Positions 63,961-64,000 of a stretch of DNA of 64,000 nucleotides are shown here, piece by piece. The stretch's first letter is position 1. The number at the start of each line of letters is the position of its first letter. A program made the translations under genes and the position numbers. Source of the DNA: Camelus ferus. Lineage: Eukaryota. The stretch is from the NCBI RefSeq assembly GCF_009834535.1, contig NC_045696.1, positions 82,090,001 to 82,154,000 on the forward strand, in the 5' to 3' direction. The notes beneath the pieces are model-generated. The model saw only the letters and a list, made by a program, of their open reading frames with translations, ran no database searches and was not told the DNA's origin.

Positions 63961-64000
63961 ACTGCCTCACAGGAGTGCTAAAAAGGCTGGTGAAGATGTT

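Noticed and set aside
1..64000. CRISPR arrays, operons or other prokaryote-like or novel enzymatic systems
   Set aside because: The window is spliced mammalian DNA. It has no repeat-spacer arrays and no unexplained long ORFs.

Overview
This is mammalian genomic DNA, probably from a camelid (alpaca/llama/camel), judged from the tRNA-derived SINE family. It holds two convergent genes. The + strand carries the 3' end of PHC3 (Polyhomeotic homolog 3, a PRC1 subunit): four coding exons encoding the FCS zinc finger and SAM domain, then a ~8.8 kb 3'UTR ending near 21,320. The - strand carries the whole of GPR160 (orphan GPCR): a CpG-island promoter at ~56 kb, three predicted non-coding exons and a single 342-aa coding exon. 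The rest is transposon-rich intronic/intergenic DNA (L1, L2, MIR, CR1-like, MER DNA transposons, MaLR/ERV LTRs, SINEs) plus a U6 retrocopy. I see no wholly new biological system. The best leads are a uORF-dense spliced GPR160 leader ending in an A16 tract at the start codon, cryptic splice signals that could give SAM-less PHC3, a probable frameshifted GPR160 C-terminus, an intact solo LTR beside the GPR160 promoter, and clustered miR-17~92 seeds at the PHC3 3' end. Gene and repeat names come from recalled sequences, not from database searches, and repeat boundaries without target-site duplications (TSDs) are approximate.
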